NCBI RefSeq assembly: GCF_947497555.1
Contig: NZ_CANMGY010000002.1
Span: forward strand, 239,080-303,079
Direction: 5' to 3'
Length of the DNA stretch: 64,000 nt
DNA from: an uncultured Umboniibacter sp.
Lineage (GTDB): Bacteria > Pseudomonadota > Gammaproteobacteria > Pseudomonadales > DSM-25080
How positions within the stretch are numbered: position 1 is the first letter of the stretch; each line of letters opens with the position of its first letter. Of the stretch, positions 19,104 to 29,708 are shown in pieces. The notes beneath the pieces were generated by a model. It saw nothing but the letters and a program-made list of their open reading frames with translations. It made no database searches and was not told the DNA's origin. Both the position numbers and the translations under genes were made by a program.

Positions 19104-19490
19104 ATGGAAACGTACACACTCTTTAAACACAGCCATCTTCTGTTCGCTGTGATTTCTATTTCACTCTTTATTTTCCGCGCGGCACTTAAATTTCGCGGTT
19201 CGAGTATGCTAGAAAAAAAGGTGCTTAAAATAAGCCCTCACGTTAATGACACCCTTCTTCTGGCATCGGGCATCACCCTTGCGGTGTTGGCTGGCTTTTC
19301 GCCGATGGCACAACCGTGGTTAGCTACCAAGATTGTTCTGCTTATTGTTTATATCGGCTTAGGAACCATCGTGATCAAACGAGAAATGTCGAACTCTGCT
19401 CGCGCAGCGGTATTTGTTGCGGCACTAGTTTGTTTTGCAGCCATAGGCAGTTCAGCGGTATCTAAGGCAGGACCATTCGGCCTGTACTAG
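19104..19490 (+). CDS. SirB2/YchQ-like small inner-membrane protein
   Basis: 128 aa with four hydrophobic segments. The N-terminus LFKHSHLLFAVISISLFIFR resembles the SirB family. Confidence 0.5.
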   Translation: METYTLFKHSHLLFAVISISLFIFRAALKFRGSSMLEKKVLKISPHVNDTLLLASGITLAVLAGFSPMAQPWLATKIVLLIVYIGLGTIVIKREMSNSARAAVFVAALVCFAAIGSSAVSKAGPFGLY

Positions 19491-19576
19491 TTGTAACGCT
19501 TACGCGGACTCGTGATAGCGTTGCGAGTCCAACTCATTTAGGGCAAGCAAGTAGACGCTATTGCATCAGCGGGAGC

Positions 19577-20236
19577 TTACTCACCTTTGGCGGCTAGTTT
19601 CGCACTGAGACTACGGACCAAAAAACCGTAAATTGGAATATACACCACTAACGTAAAGGCAATTTTTGTCAGATAGTCGATGATGCCGATTTCAACCCAG
19701 TGCTCGCCCATCGTAGGGTCTGACGACGCATAAAATGCAACCGTGAAAAACACCGTGGTATCCACTGCGTTGCCCAATAAACTTGAGCCGGTTGGTGCCA
19801 CCCACCAAGACCCCTTCCGTCGTAACTTTTCAAAGACCTTAATATCTAAAAGCTGCCCCAGCACATAGGCAATAAGACTTGCGAGCGCAATACGGGCGAC
19901 AAATGAATCAAAACTCAACAGTGCATCCCAATTTTGAAATTCACCGTGCTCGAATACCATCCCAAAGACGTAACTCAACAGCAGTGCCGGAAGCATAGAC
20001 ATCAATACCACCCACTTAGCAAGATTCCAGCCTTGTAAACGGACGGTTAGATCAGAAAGTAAATACAGAATGGGAAAGCTAAAGGCCGCCCAGGTGGTGT
20101 AGTGGCCACCGAACTCAATGGGAATCTGAATGAGGTAATTAGATGCTGCGATCACCGCAATATGTGCGGTGACTGCGAAGGTCCAGAAACGAACGTTAAA
20201 GGGTTGTTGGTAATTCTTCATGATAACTCTGCTCAA
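19577..20236 (-). CDS. yhhQ: queuosine-precursor transporter (YhhQ / VUT family)
   Basis: 219 aa polytopic membrane protein. GNAVDTTVFFTVAF and the IDYLTK..F motifs are typical of YhhQ/DUF165. Confidence 0.75.
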   Translation of the reverse strand: MSRVIMKNYQQPFNVRFWTFAVTAHIAVIAASNYLIQIPIEFGGHYTTWAAFSFPILYLLSDLTVRLQGWNLAKWVVLMSMLPALLLSYVFGMVFEHGEFQNWDALLSFDSFVARIALASLIAYVLGQLLDIKVFEKLRRKGSWWVAPTGSSLLGNAVDTTVFFTVAFYASSDPTMGEHWVEIGIIDYLTKIAFTLVVYIPIYGFLVRSLSAKLAAKGE

Positions 20237-20284
20237 GGTAGTCCATTGAGCTTAGCCGATAAATGACCAAGTTGAAGCGAAACC

Positions 20285-20758
20285 CTACTCAGTTAATCCT
20301 GTCGCTGTACCACTGTTGGACGCTTCGATTGCAGCCCGAATTGACTGACCATCCTGTTCGCCAACCAACGTAGCGATGAGCTCACCGCTTGGATTGAAAA
20401 CGAAAGTAGTTGGCAATATCTCAGGGCGCACGATTTCGAGTTGCTGGAGCGGGTCGCCAGCTGTCACAGGGAACTCTATCCCCATTCGTTCGATATAGTC
20501 TAAAGTTGTCGCACGATCATCGCGATCCCAGTTAACGCCAACTACCGAAATATCTGCACTATGTTGATCAAATTCATTGAGCTCGGGTATTTCTCTACGA
20601 CAAGGTGCACACCAAATAGCCCAATAATTTAGTACCGTATATTGCCCTTCGTCACTGCTCATCGCATGCGAACCCGAAGGTAATAGTTGCAACGAGACGG
20701 ACTTCTCTCCACACGCTGTGAGTGACATCAGTGCAATAATGATAAATAGTAAACGCAT
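20285..20758 (-). CDS. TlpA-family thiol:disulfide oxidoreductase lipoprotein
   Basis: It has a lipobox SLTAC and a thioredoxin-fold active site WAIWCAPCRREIPEL. Confidence 0.8.
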   Translation of the reverse strand: MRLLFIIIALMSLTACGEKSVSLQLLPSGSHAMSSDEGQYTVLNYWAIWCAPCRREIPELNEFDQHSADISVVGVNWDRDDRATTLDYIERMGIEFPVTAGDPLQQLEIVRPEILPTTFVFNPSGELIATLVGEQDGQSIRAAIEASNSGTATGLTE

Positions 20759-20761
20759 TAA

Positions 20762-22012
20762 CTAACCTTTTTCTAACCACACACTTAATGGCTGTTGCAA
20801 TAATTCATCTGTATTCGTCTGGAGGCCTTTTAAAGAGGCTCTAACTGATGCAGGGAGCCGATCTTTCGTGCGTCGTAACGTATCAGCCATCAGCACATTA
20901 GGTTCAAGTATACGAAGGAAGTCACCAATACTATACCGTGTTAAATCCCTACCTATGGCGAGTTCATCCTCGTCATTTACCAGCAAAATTCGTTCAGCAA
21001 CTAAACGATGCCTTAATGCTAACCAGTCTGCATGAGATTCTAGCGGTAGCGACTTGATCTTACCGCCAATCCACTTACGCTCGGAGAGACGTTGTCCCTT
21101 TTCATGGTTCGCCCAAAGCCAGCGTAAGACCGCGGTGGCAACCATCAACCTACTACTTGAAGCCCTGTTGGTAGTGAAGTAGCGCGGTAAACATCGCGTC
21201 AAATTCGCGCCAAATAATACAATAATCCACGAAACATAAATCCAGAGTAGAAAAATCGGTACTGCCGCAAACGTGCCATAGATTGCCGAATAATTAGGAT
21301 TAAGTGCCCCCAGTGATAAAAAATGCTGCACCAACAAAAATAACGAGGCTGTGACCATTCCGCCGATCACTGCATCGCGGGCCGACACATAACAGTTAGG
21401 AACATACGCCAGTAACATCGAAAACAGCAGACAATTGAACACCCATGGCAGCGGTGCTAATAACCAATTCAGTCGCTCGAAGTCAAACCAACTAATATAT
21501 TCAGATTGTGCCAAGGCCGCCGACGCAGCAGCTGCGGCGCCAAGAAGAATTGGTCCCAAGCTGATTAACGTCCAGTAGAGCATAAGCTTGGGGCGTAATT
21601 TGCGCCGCTGTTTAATTCCCCAAATCCGATTAAAGGCACCCTCGATGGTATTCAGCAATAGCACCACCGTAACGATTAGCAGGAGTACACTAAATCCCGT
21701 GAGCTTCTTCGCCTCGTTGGTAAAACCCACTAATGCTGACTGCACCGTCTCGGAGCTCGCTGGCACTAAATGACTCAACAGAAACCCCTGGGCCTGCTGC
21801 AAAGCTGGTTCAAACGCCGGTACGATGGCAATGATCGTTACCATCACCGTAAGTGCTGGGACAATGGCGAACAGCGACGTATAAGTTAATGCTGCGGCGG
21901 CATGCGCACAGCCATCATCAACAAATCTTCTCAGTACAAACCGACAAAAACGGATGAATTCAAGCATCCGCTCGCGTGTTGTGGTTATAATTGTGTCAGC
22001 AACTTCTTCCAT
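20762..22012 (-). CDS. YihY/BrkB family inner-membrane protein
   Basis: 416 aa. AAALTYTSLFAIVPAL and multiple TM segments match the YihY family. Confidence 0.8.
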   Translation of the reverse strand: MEEVADTIITTTRERMLEFIRFCRFVLRRFVDDGCAHAAAALTYTSLFAIVPALTVMVTIIAIVPAFEPALQQAQGFLLSHLVPASSETVQSALVGFTNEAKKLTGFSVLLLIVTVVLLLNTIEGAFNRIWGIKQRRKLRPKLMLYWTLISLGPILLGAAAAASAALAQSEYISWFDFERLNWLLAPLPWVFNCLLFSMLLAYVPNCYVSARDAVIGGMVTASLFLLVQHFLSLGALNPNYSAIYGTFAAVPIFLLWIYVSWIIVLFGANLTRCLPRYFTTNRASSSRLMVATAVLRWLWANHEKGQRLSERKWIGGKIKSLPLESHADWLALRHRLVAERILLVNDEDELAIGRDLTRYSIGDFLRILEPNVLMADTLRRTKDRLPASVRASLKGLQTNTDELLQQPLSVWLEKG

Positions 22013-22042
22013 TAACAGTTCACACTAGGTTATTAAGTCATT

Positions 22043-22387
22043 ATGACAACCATATACCACAATCCACGATGCTCAAAGTCGCGGCAGACATTGGAACTAC
22101 TTACTAATCAAGGAATAGACGTAAATATTATTCGCTATCTTGATACCCCATTGTCGTTTCAGCAGTTATCTGTATTACTTGACCAGCTGGGATACTCTGC
22201 CCATCAACTGATTCGTCAGGGCGAAGCGAAATACAAGTTTTTAGGCCTATCGGCGGAGACAGCCGAGCGTGAGTTAATCACTGCAATGGTGGAGAATCCA
22301 ATTTTAATTGAGCGGCCGATTGTCGTTCACAATGGTCTAGCAAAAATAGGCCGTCCGCCTGAACAGGTACTGGGGCTATTCAAGTGA
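22043..22387 (+). CDS. arsC: ArsC-family reductase (glutaredoxin-type fold)
   Basis: IYHNPRCSKSRQTLELL and ILIERPIVV parallel E. coli ArsC (IYHNPACGTSRNTLEMI ... ILINRPIVV). Confidence 0.8.
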   Translation: MTTIYHNPRCSKSRQTLELLTNQGIDVNIIRYLDTPLSFQQLSVLLDQLGYSAHQLIRQGEAKYKFLGLSAETAERELITAMVENPILIERPIVVHNGLAKIGRPPEQVLGLFK

Positions 22388-22986
22388 ATCGCCCATTTGT
22401 ACTCGTGCTCTATTACTCGGTAGGTGGGTCCGTAAAGGCCTTAGCTGAGCATATAGCCCTCGGTATTGAGGCGAGTGGCATCGACACTCGTGTTCGTACT
22501 GTGCCGAGTGTGAGTACCACCATTGAGGCGGTTAGCTCGATGATACCCGACGACGGCGATCTCTACTGTAGCGATGAGGATCTTCGCGCATGCAGTGGCT
22601 TGGCACTGGGGAGCCCAACCCGCTTCGGCAATATGGCGGCAGCTTTGAAGTATTTTCTTGATGGTAGCTCCGATCTCTGGCTGAGTGGCGATCTCATCGA
22701 TAAACCCTTTGGCGTCTTCACAAGCTCTGCTAGCCTCCACGGTGGCCAAGAAACTACCCTCATGACGATGGCTATCCCCCTCCTTCACCATGGAATGGTT
22801 TGGGCGGGTGTTCCATACAGCGTCACGGAATTAAGTCAGACTCAAACTGGGGGAACGCCCTATGGGCCCTCTCACGTAACAGGCACTTCAGGTAATACGG
22901 ACTTAAGTTCCGATGAGATATCAATCGCTCGCGCTTACGGAAAGCGCCTCGGCGAGCTCGCTCAACGAATGGAGACAGGTTCATGA
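22384..22986 (+). CDS. wrbA: NAD(P)H:quinone oxidoreductase, flavodoxin-like (WrbA family)
   Basis: It has the N-terminal VLVLYYSVGGSVKALAEHI flavodoxin-like fold. There is a 4-nt overlap (GTGA) with arsC. Confidence 0.75.
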   Translation: MNRPFVLVLYYSVGGSVKALAEHIALGIEASGIDTRVRTVPSVSTTIEAVSSMIPDDGDLYCSDEDLRACSGLALGSPTRFGNMAAALKYFLDGSSDLWLSGDLIDKPFGVFTSSASLHGGQETTLMTMAIPLLHHGMVWAGVPYSVTELSQTQTGGTPYGPSHVTGTSGNTDLSSDEISIARAYGKRLGELAQRMETGS

Positions 22987-23354
22987 TGAACTATTTTACC
23001 CACCCTCGTGTCATCGCAAGCTTTTATCTTTTGCTGATCGTGACGCAAATCGCGGATACTTTTAGCTCTGAGCTCACTGCAAGTACTCAGTGGATAGTAG
23101 CTATCGTTAGAGTAGCTCCGCTGCTACTATTATTTCGCGCCCTAACGAATGAGACGCCAAGACTGCTCATTTGGCTCTGCTTTTTGTTGCTTGGGTATTT
23201 TGTCGGAGCAACACTTGGCAGCTTCTCGCCCTCGTCAACCTATTGGGATTTTGCGGCGTTAGGTAGCTGTGTCATACTTTTCAATAGTGCGATGTTCAGA
23301 GCCAGAAAGCTGGCCATAGCGGCTCAAACGAACTCACCTCATTTAAAGGACTAG
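22983..23354 (+). CDS. small membrane protein, DUF2069-like
   Basis: 123 aa with 3-4 TM segments. It has a 4-nt ATGA overlap with wrbA. From memory, arsC-wrbA-DUF2069 is a recurrent gammaproteobacterial triad. Confidence 0.5.
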   Translation: MMNYFTHPRVIASFYLLLIVTQIADTFSSELTASTQWIVAIVRVAPLLLLFRALTNETPRLLIWLCFLLLGYFVGATLGSFSPSSTYWDFAALGSCVILFNSAMFRARKLAIAAQTNSPHLKD

Positions 23355-23366
23355 GAATTTCATCTA

Positions 23367-25172
23367 ATGAAACAATTTCTGCTTGCGCTAGGAAAGGCGC
23401 TTAACATTTCCCGAATCATTCTACTGAACGTACTGTTCTTTGGTGTTTTGACGTTAATTATTGTGGCATCCAGTCAGCAAGATGAACTTGAGACCATTGA
23501 TGACGAAGGTGTCTTGAGGCTGTCATTGAACGGCCTTATCGTGGAGCAAGAAATTGTTTCCGATGAGATTCTCGCTCAACTGCAAAACGATGGTCCGCAA
23601 CAGATTTTACTATTCGACGTGATTGATACTATTGATCGCGCCGCTAGTGATGATCGGGTAAAGGGGCTCATTCTCCTGCCATCCGGTATGAGTGCGAGCT
23701 TCACATCACTCGATGAAATTGGTCAAGCTCTAAGTCGATTTAAGGAAACTGGCAAGCCAATTATCTCTACATCGCAATCCTATAGCCAGTCAGCCTATTA
23801 CCTTGCTTCCTTCGCCGATGAGATCTACATCGGTGATATGGGTGGCGTTGATTTGATGGGGCTAGCCAGTTATCGACCGTACTTTGGCGAGTTTCTTGAG
23901 CGCTACGGTATCGATGTACATGTGTTTAAAGTCGGGACGTACAAATCAGCGGTAGAGCCGTTTATGGGTGGCGCAATGTCTGCCCCTGCTCGCGAAAACG
24001 CCGAGCAGTGGATGGGCGACCTGTGGGGTAGCTTCACGAAGGTTGTGGAGACTAACCGCCATCTCGAACCAGGATTCATTAATACATGGTTAGACCACTA
24101 CCCAGAAACGCTATCAGCCCATGACGGTCATTTTGCCTCCATGGCGCTGGAACTTGGTTTAGTTGACGGAATTAAAACTCGCACCGAACGCCTTGCGCGC
24201 CTTGCTGAATTCGCCGATGAAGAGGGTGATGACCCGGGTGTTTCGTGGAGAAATTATCGTACTCAGCTGCAAATGGAGAATCTTTTCGATGCTTCAGATT
24301 CAGAGCAGAAGATAGCGGTGATTGTGGCTTCGGGTGAAATCGTTGACGGTAGCCAACCACCAGGCATGATTGGTGGAGACTCTACGGCCGAATTAATTCG
24401 TCGCGCTCGCGAGGACAATGAAGTCGATGCGCTAGTGCTTCGTGTTAATAGTCCCGGTGGTTCTGCAAATGCTTCCGAAGTTATCCGCGAACAGATTGTC
24501 GCCACCCGCGAGGCTGGCATTCCAGTAGTTATTTCAATGGGTGGACTGGCAGCGTCTGGCGGCTACTGGATTTCAACCAGTGCGGACTATATCTTTGCCA
24601 ATCCGCAGACAATTACTGGCTCAATCGGCGTGTTTGGCATTGTGCCGACCTTCGACCGTTTAGCGGGTGAATACTCCATTTACTCAGACGGGGTCGCCAC
24701 TACACCAATGGCCGGCGGATTCGACCCATTAAATGGAATAAGCGAGCCTATGGCACGTACGATCCAATTAAGTATCGAAAACATTTATAAACAGTTTTTA
24801 GAAATCGTTGCGGACGGCAGAAATAGCACCCCAGAGAAGATCAACGAAATTGCTCAGGGTAGAGTTTGGAGCGGAAAACGAGCGCTTGAACTGGGCCTTG
24901 TAGATGAATTCGGGACCTTAGATGACGCGGTAAATCACGCCGCAGCGCTAGCTGAAATAGAGGACTATAGGACAATTAATATCACTCAACCACTGACGCC
25001 TGCTCAGCAGTTCTTCCGTGATATGAAACAAAATTCTTCAGTAGAAACTCCCGCGATGACAACGACTGAACGACTGCTCGGTGCATTCCAACAGCAGCTC
25101 ATTCAACTCAATCAATTAAATGATCCGCGCCACGTCTATCTAAGCTGTGGTGGTTGTCCAGAGCAACCTTAG
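23367..25172 (+). CDS. sppA: signal peptide peptidase SppA, 67K type
   Basis: 601 aa with an N-terminal anchor and two ClpP-like repeats. The second repeat has ISMGGLAASGGYWIS, which includes the catalytic Ser context. Confidence 0.9.
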   Translation: MKQFLLALGKALNISRIILLNVLFFGVLTLIIVASSQQDELETIDDEGVLRLSLNGLIVEQEIVSDEILAQLQNDGPQQILLFDVIDTIDRAASDDRVKGLILLPSGMSASFTSLDEIGQALSRFKETGKPIISTSQSYSQSAYYLASFADEIYIGDMGGVDLMGLASYRPYFGEFLERYGIDVHVFKVGTYKSAVEPFMGGAMSAPARENAEQWMGDLWGSFTKVVETNRHLEPGFINTWLDHYPETLSAHDGHFASMALELGLVDGIKTRTERLARLAEFADEEGDDPGVSWRNYRTQLQMENLFDASDSEQKIAVIVASGEIVDGSQPPGMIGGDSTAELIRRAREDNEVDALVLRVNSPGGSANASEVIREQIVATREAGIPVVISMGGLAASGGYWISTSADYIFANPQTITGSIGVFGIVPTFDRLAGEYSIYSDGVATTPMAGGFDPLNGISEPMARTIQLSIENIYKQFLEIVADGRNSTPEKINEIAQGRVWSGKRALELGLVDEFGTLDDAVNHAAALAEIEDYRTINITQPLTPAQQFFRDMKQNSSVETPAMTTTERLLGAFQQQLIQLNQLNDPRHVYLSCGGCPEQP

Positions 25173-25194
25173 TAGATAGCTTCGATTAGCATAC

Positions 25195-25223
25195 GCGCCA
25201 TTGGAATCCAATGGCGCTTTTTT
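25195..25223 (+). terminator. rho-independent terminator of sppA
   Basis: Stem GCGCCATTGG / loop aat / CCAATGGCGC, followed by TTTTTT. Confidence 0.85.
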
Positions 25224-25373
25224 ATGTCTGTAAAATGAGTCCTAATCGTTTAGATAGTATCGAACACATAAACTGCGGCTCAGTTAACTTAGCTAATAAT
25301 GGTCTCGACGAGACTTACCCAGCCTCATCACTCTCAAGTTCAACTCGCGAGATAACTGTGAACCCACTCCCAG

Positions 25374-27362
25374 CTAAGCACTTAATTGGTCATCTGCTGG
25401 AAACCTCTTCAATGAATCAATATCAACAGCGTCATTCTGTGCCCAGCGCACACAATTTCTTCCTGACGACTTTGCGTCATAGAGCGCTCTATCTGCACTA
25501 TTGACTATTTCGTCGGCGCTTATTCCGGCTGACAGATCCAGGCTATCAACGAACATTAACCCAACACTTGTGGTAATACGTTGCGTACCGATGCCTACGT
25601 CAGACTGAGAAATAATCAGTCTTAGTCGTTCAGCCGTTTCAACTGCACCTTCAAAATTGGTTCGTGGCATAAGAATAAAGAACTCTTCCCCACCAAAACG
25701 CGCGACGAGCTCTCGGCGATGAACAGCGAGTTTGGCGATTCGCGATAATTCCTTGAGTACCCGATCACCGGAATCATGTCCTAAGTTGTCGTTAATGGCC
25801 TTAAAATTATCGATATCCAGTAGCAACACCGCTAAACCAGCACTTGGGTCATCAAAAGCCGACTCGCCACTTTCGATTGAACGAATGGCTTTGCCGAGCT
25901 CACTGTAGGCGCGTCGTCGATTCGCAATACCTGTCAGCGTATCGGTTTGAGATAGCTCTCTAAAACGATTGCGCGAGTAAATTAGGTAACTTAGTAAGAG
26001 GACCATAATACCTACAAGCACGAAAACTACGTTTCGCTGCCAGCGCATTTTACTGGTCTCGGCAAGGACTGCGGTATTGTTCAACTGTTCAATTTCAAGC
26101 TGCTGACGCGCGATCTCGGCCTGATATTGGACACCTGCATCGGCAACTTCATCGCCGGAATAAGCTCTGACATCATCGGCTAACTTAAACATCGCGCTAG
26201 CGTAATAATTTTCTAGTGCAACGGTATAGGCCAGCACATCCTCATACTCTCCGCTGAACATGTGATTAAGTATTGCTGCACTTGAGTCGTACTCTAAGAA
26301 ATCTGGATGCTCTTCGATAAAAAGAACGAACTCTTCTTTCACAGAGTTAACGCCATCAACTAAGGCCCTACTTAGCAACCATTGCAGCTCGGTATCATTC
26401 GCATAATACGTCTCCGAAGTTGATTCTCTAAGCTGCAGAGCTTGAAAGTATGCTGCCGCCGCTTGCTCCGGATCATTGTTTAGGTAGGGGCTAAAGTATA
26501 GGCCTTCTAAATACCAACAGAAAAAATCAAAATCAGCATATCGGCTTTCACCACCCACTTCCCAAAGTTGATCCAAATATTCACGAAATTCAGGCGTATC
26601 TCGGGCGAAGAAAGACTCAACTGTGAGATTAAACAGCATATCAAATTCATGCTGGAGTAATAATTCCGATCTCGCCAACTGCAAACCCTGAGTAAAAATG
26701 GCTTGCGCGGTTTCGTGATCGTAAAGACGCTGATTAATTTCACCCAATGAAACGAGTAGATCAATAACGATAGCCGTATCAATATCTGCCTGAGAGGCGA
26801 CCTCCATCGATTCGGCCAGAATTGACACGGCTTCCCTCTCGCTTCCTACACCTCTGACGAGACAGCTAACCTGGCGGCCTGCTGCGCGGACATAGAGCGA
26901 CGGGTAAATGGCATTTTCGGCAACGGTATACGCCATATCAAAATCGCGACAAGCCTCATCCGACAATTGGTTATGCAGCTGATTGACAGTACCCCGCTGA
27001 AGGTAAAACTCGATTACTGTAGGAACTCCAGCCGTTTCAATTAAGGGCGACTGATTGAGTATCGACAGGGTCTCAAGATACTTCGCGTCACTAACCAGAT
27101 AGTAGGACTGGAGTAAGGTAAGCTGAAGCTTTTCTCTCTCGGAAAATTTTGATGGTGATGAAATTTGACTAAGAATATACGTCTGAGCCTGATCCTTTGG
27201 CAGAATAGCTGCCGCTTCCGATATTCGGACCACCGATCCCTCGAACCAAGGGGGCGCATCAAAACTTCGTTGTATGTTGTTGCTATGCGCTGAAGCTATA
27301 AATACTACTGATAGCAAACACACCGCAAAGAGTTTCCATTCTCTAAGCATGTTGTTGTCCAC
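25374..27362 (-). CDS. diguanylate cyclase with a large N-terminal periplasmic (TPR-like helical) sensor domain
   Basis: 662 aa with a signal/anchor and a single TM near residue 440. The C-terminal GGDEF domain has DIDNFKAINDNLGH and RFGGEEFFILM. Confidence 0.85.
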   Translation of the reverse strand: MDNNMLREWKLFAVCLLSVVFIASAHSNNIQRSFDAPPWFEGSVVRISEAAAILPKDQAQTYILSQISSPSKFSEREKLQLTLLQSYYLVSDAKYLETLSILNQSPLIETAGVPTVIEFYLQRGTVNQLHNQLSDEACRDFDMAYTVAENAIYPSLYVRAAGRQVSCLVRGVGSEREAVSILAESMEVASQADIDTAIVIDLLVSLGEINQRLYDHETAQAIFTQGLQLARSELLLQHEFDMLFNLTVESFFARDTPEFREYLDQLWEVGGESRYADFDFFCWYLEGLYFSPYLNNDPEQAAAAYFQALQLRESTSETYYANDTELQWLLSRALVDGVNSVKEEFVLFIEEHPDFLEYDSSAAILNHMFSGEYEDVLAYTVALENYYASAMFKLADDVRAYSGDEVADAGVQYQAEIARQQLEIEQLNNTAVLAETSKMRWQRNVVFVLVGIMVLLLSYLIYSRNRFRELSQTDTLTGIANRRRAYSELGKAIRSIESGESAFDDPSAGLAVLLLDIDNFKAINDNLGHDSGDRVLKELSRIAKLAVHRRELVARFGGEEFFILMPRTNFEGAVETAERLRLIISQSDVGIGTQRITTSVGLMFVDSLDLSAGISADEIVNSADRALYDAKSSGRNCVRWAQNDAVDIDSLKRFPADDQLSA

Positions 27363-27478
27363 AATTAGTCTAATCTTTATTATCGTATAGCCTATAAAAC
27401 CATACTAAAGTCCCTACTAACAAGGGAAATGCTACCATTATTCGTAGTTTCGGTGGCTAAAATTACAACCTTGGATAA

Positions 27479-27871
<393 letters not shown>

Positions 27872-27946
27872 TCGTAGCGTTCTTTCTGCGGCTTTGAAAC
27901 ATAGGCCATACTCCTGTGAGAGATTATCGTATTTAAGAGAAGGCAG

Positions 27947-28630
27947 ATGACCACAGACTACTGGAAAGCATTTGAACCCGTTTTTATTCGCTTTATTAGC
28001 GACATTAAAAGTGCCGATCCGGCGCATGACTTCGCCCATATTGAAAGAGTGGTCAGCTTAGCAAAGAAGCTATCGGTTGCCGAATCCGCCGATTTAAATG
28101 TCGTTGTCCCCGCCGCATGGTTCCATGACAGCGTGGCCGTTGCCAAAAATAGTCCAGACAGACCAATCGCCTCAAAGCTCGCAGCAGATCGAGCACGTAC
28201 TGCGCTCCAAAAAATGAACTATGACAGCAACCTCCTCCCAGCAATTGAACACGCGATTATCGCGCACAGTTACAGTGCCAATGTGCGCCCGCGCACGCTT
28301 GAGGCGAGAATTGTTCAAGACGCAGATCGAATGGATGCATTGGGCGCGGTCGGAGTCGCTCGTTGCATGCTGGTAGGTGGTGCAATCGGTAGAACACTAT
28401 ATGAACCCACCGACCCTTTATGCGAACAACGACCGCCAGAAGACTTGAAATACACTATTGATCACTTTTTCACCAAACTACTTCATATCGGCGAGACCAT
28501 GAACACTGAATCGGCAAAGCGAGAGGCTAAACGAAGAACTGACTACATGCGTAATTTTTTGTCGCAACTAAAACGCGACATCCAAGCAGAAGATTTAGAC
28601 ATACAACTTCGTGCTCCCGTAGCAGGTTAG
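27947..28630 (+). CDS. HD-domain phosphohydrolase
   Basis: It has H...HD metal ligands (HDFAHIERV, AAWFHD) and QDADRMDALGA. Confidence 0.8.
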   Translation: MTTDYWKAFEPVFIRFISDIKSADPAHDFAHIERVVSLAKKLSVAESADLNVVVPAAWFHDSVAVAKNSPDRPIASKLAADRARTALQKMNYDSNLLPAIEHAIIAHSYSANVRPRTLEARIVQDADRMDALGAVGVARCMLVGGAIGRTLYEPTDPLCEQRPPEDLKYTIDHFFTKLLHIGETMNTESAKREAKRRTDYMRNFLSQLKRDIQAEDLDIQLRAPVAG

Positions 28631-28634
28631 CGAG

Positions 28635-29060
28635 TTAATAACTGCCGATAACGGTGAGTTGCAAGTTTCTCGACCCACCATGATCTCGGTGTTCGCCGAG
28701 ATAAATCCCCTGCCAAATGCCTAGCGCCAATTCTCCATTGCTTACAGGAATGCTCAAAGCGTGGCCGAGCAAGCTAGCTTTTATGTGAGCAGGCATATCA
28801 TCAGGCCCCTCGTCCTGATGCTCGAAATATGAACAGCCATCTGGAATAAGTCGGTTGAAGAAACGTTCAAAGTCTCTTCGCACCGAGCTATCCGCATTTT
28901 CATTAATGGTAAGCGATGCGGAGGTATGCTGAACGAAAATCTGTACGATACCCGCCTTCATCTGAGCTATCTCGGGTAGAGCTTCGATAACTTGAGGGGT
29001 GATTAAATGAAACCCTCGTGGCAGCGGTTTCAATTGTAGCGCTCGATGGAAGGTATTCAT
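28635..29060 (-). CDS. yjbQ: YjbQ/UPF0047 family protein (secondary thiamine-phosphate synthase)
   Basis: 141 aa. FVQHTSASLTINENADSSVRRD and PAHIKASLLG are YjbQ family motifs. Confidence 0.85.
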   Translation of the reverse strand: MNTFHRALQLKPLPRGFHLITPQVIEALPEIAQMKAGIVQIFVQHTSASLTINENADSSVRRDFERFFNRLIPDGCSYFEHQDEGPDDMPAHIKASLLGHALSIPVSNGELALGIWQGIYLGEHRDHGGSRNLQLTVIGSY

Positions 29061-29077
29061 AAGTTGACTCTAGGTGG

Positions 29078-29599
29078 TTAAGCTAATTGATACTGTTCAA
29101 ACTCGATCAGTGCGGCCTTTATTTCCTCACCCCATCGGTATCCCGTTAGCGCACCACTCTTGCCCACGACTCGATGACATGGCAGTACCAATGCATAGCA
29201 ATTTTGCGACATGACTCGAGCGACTGCACGCGCTGCCTTAGGGTTTCCTGCAAGCTCAGCTAAGTGAGTGTAGGAGATCGTCCTACCTGGATTAATTGTT
29301 CCAAGTGCCTGCCATACGGACGTGGCGAATTCAGTTAACGGACCCTGCAAGGTCAGACATTGTTGTTTACCGCGCCAAAGCTCTTCGATCGATCGAGCGA
29401 TACGCCGCTGTTGCGGTGTCAGACTTGAAGCAGGAGCGGTGATGGCACTGAGTTCGATGCTAATCACCACCTCTCCCGAATGGCTAACGTGCACCATCGC
29501 CATGGGCAATCGAAAACTAAAGTGAGTGAACTGCCCACGCTTTGCCAGACGTTCTTCAAACTTAATCTGACCGCCATTTGGCAACATGATTGATTGCAC
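29078..29599 (-). CDS. ogt: methylated-DNA--protein-cysteine methyltransferase
   Basis: It has the active site LPCHRVVG and the upstream YT.LA...G.PKAARAV motif. Confidence 0.85.
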   Translation of the reverse strand: MQSIMLPNGGQIKFEERLAKRGQFTHFSFRLPMAMVHVSHSGEVVISIELSAITAPASSLTPQQRRIARSIEELWRGKQQCLTLQGPLTEFATSVWQALGTINPGRTISYTHLAELAGNPKAARAVARVMSQNCYALVLPCHRVVGKSGALTGYRWGEEIKAALIEFEQYQLA

Positions 29600-29708
29600 T
29601 GATTCATTTCCTCTGCAACATTTTTAGGATAATCGCGGCTATCTCTTACAGTAAAATAGTTTATCCGTTATCATCAGCGCAAGCGTTATTCACGAATGAG
29701 GTAGAGTT

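Noticed and set aside
20237-20284. Looked for a preQ1 riboswitch upstream of yhhQ.
   Set aside because: The spacer is only 48 nt and has no recognisable preQ1-I/II core. yhhQ is more likely co-transcribed with the upstream redoxin gene.
25211-25504. 97-aa plus-strand ORF downstream of sppA.
   Set aside because: It starts after the sppA terminator without an SD and overlaps the 3' end of the diguanylate cyclase gene on the opposite strand. It has no recognisable motifs.
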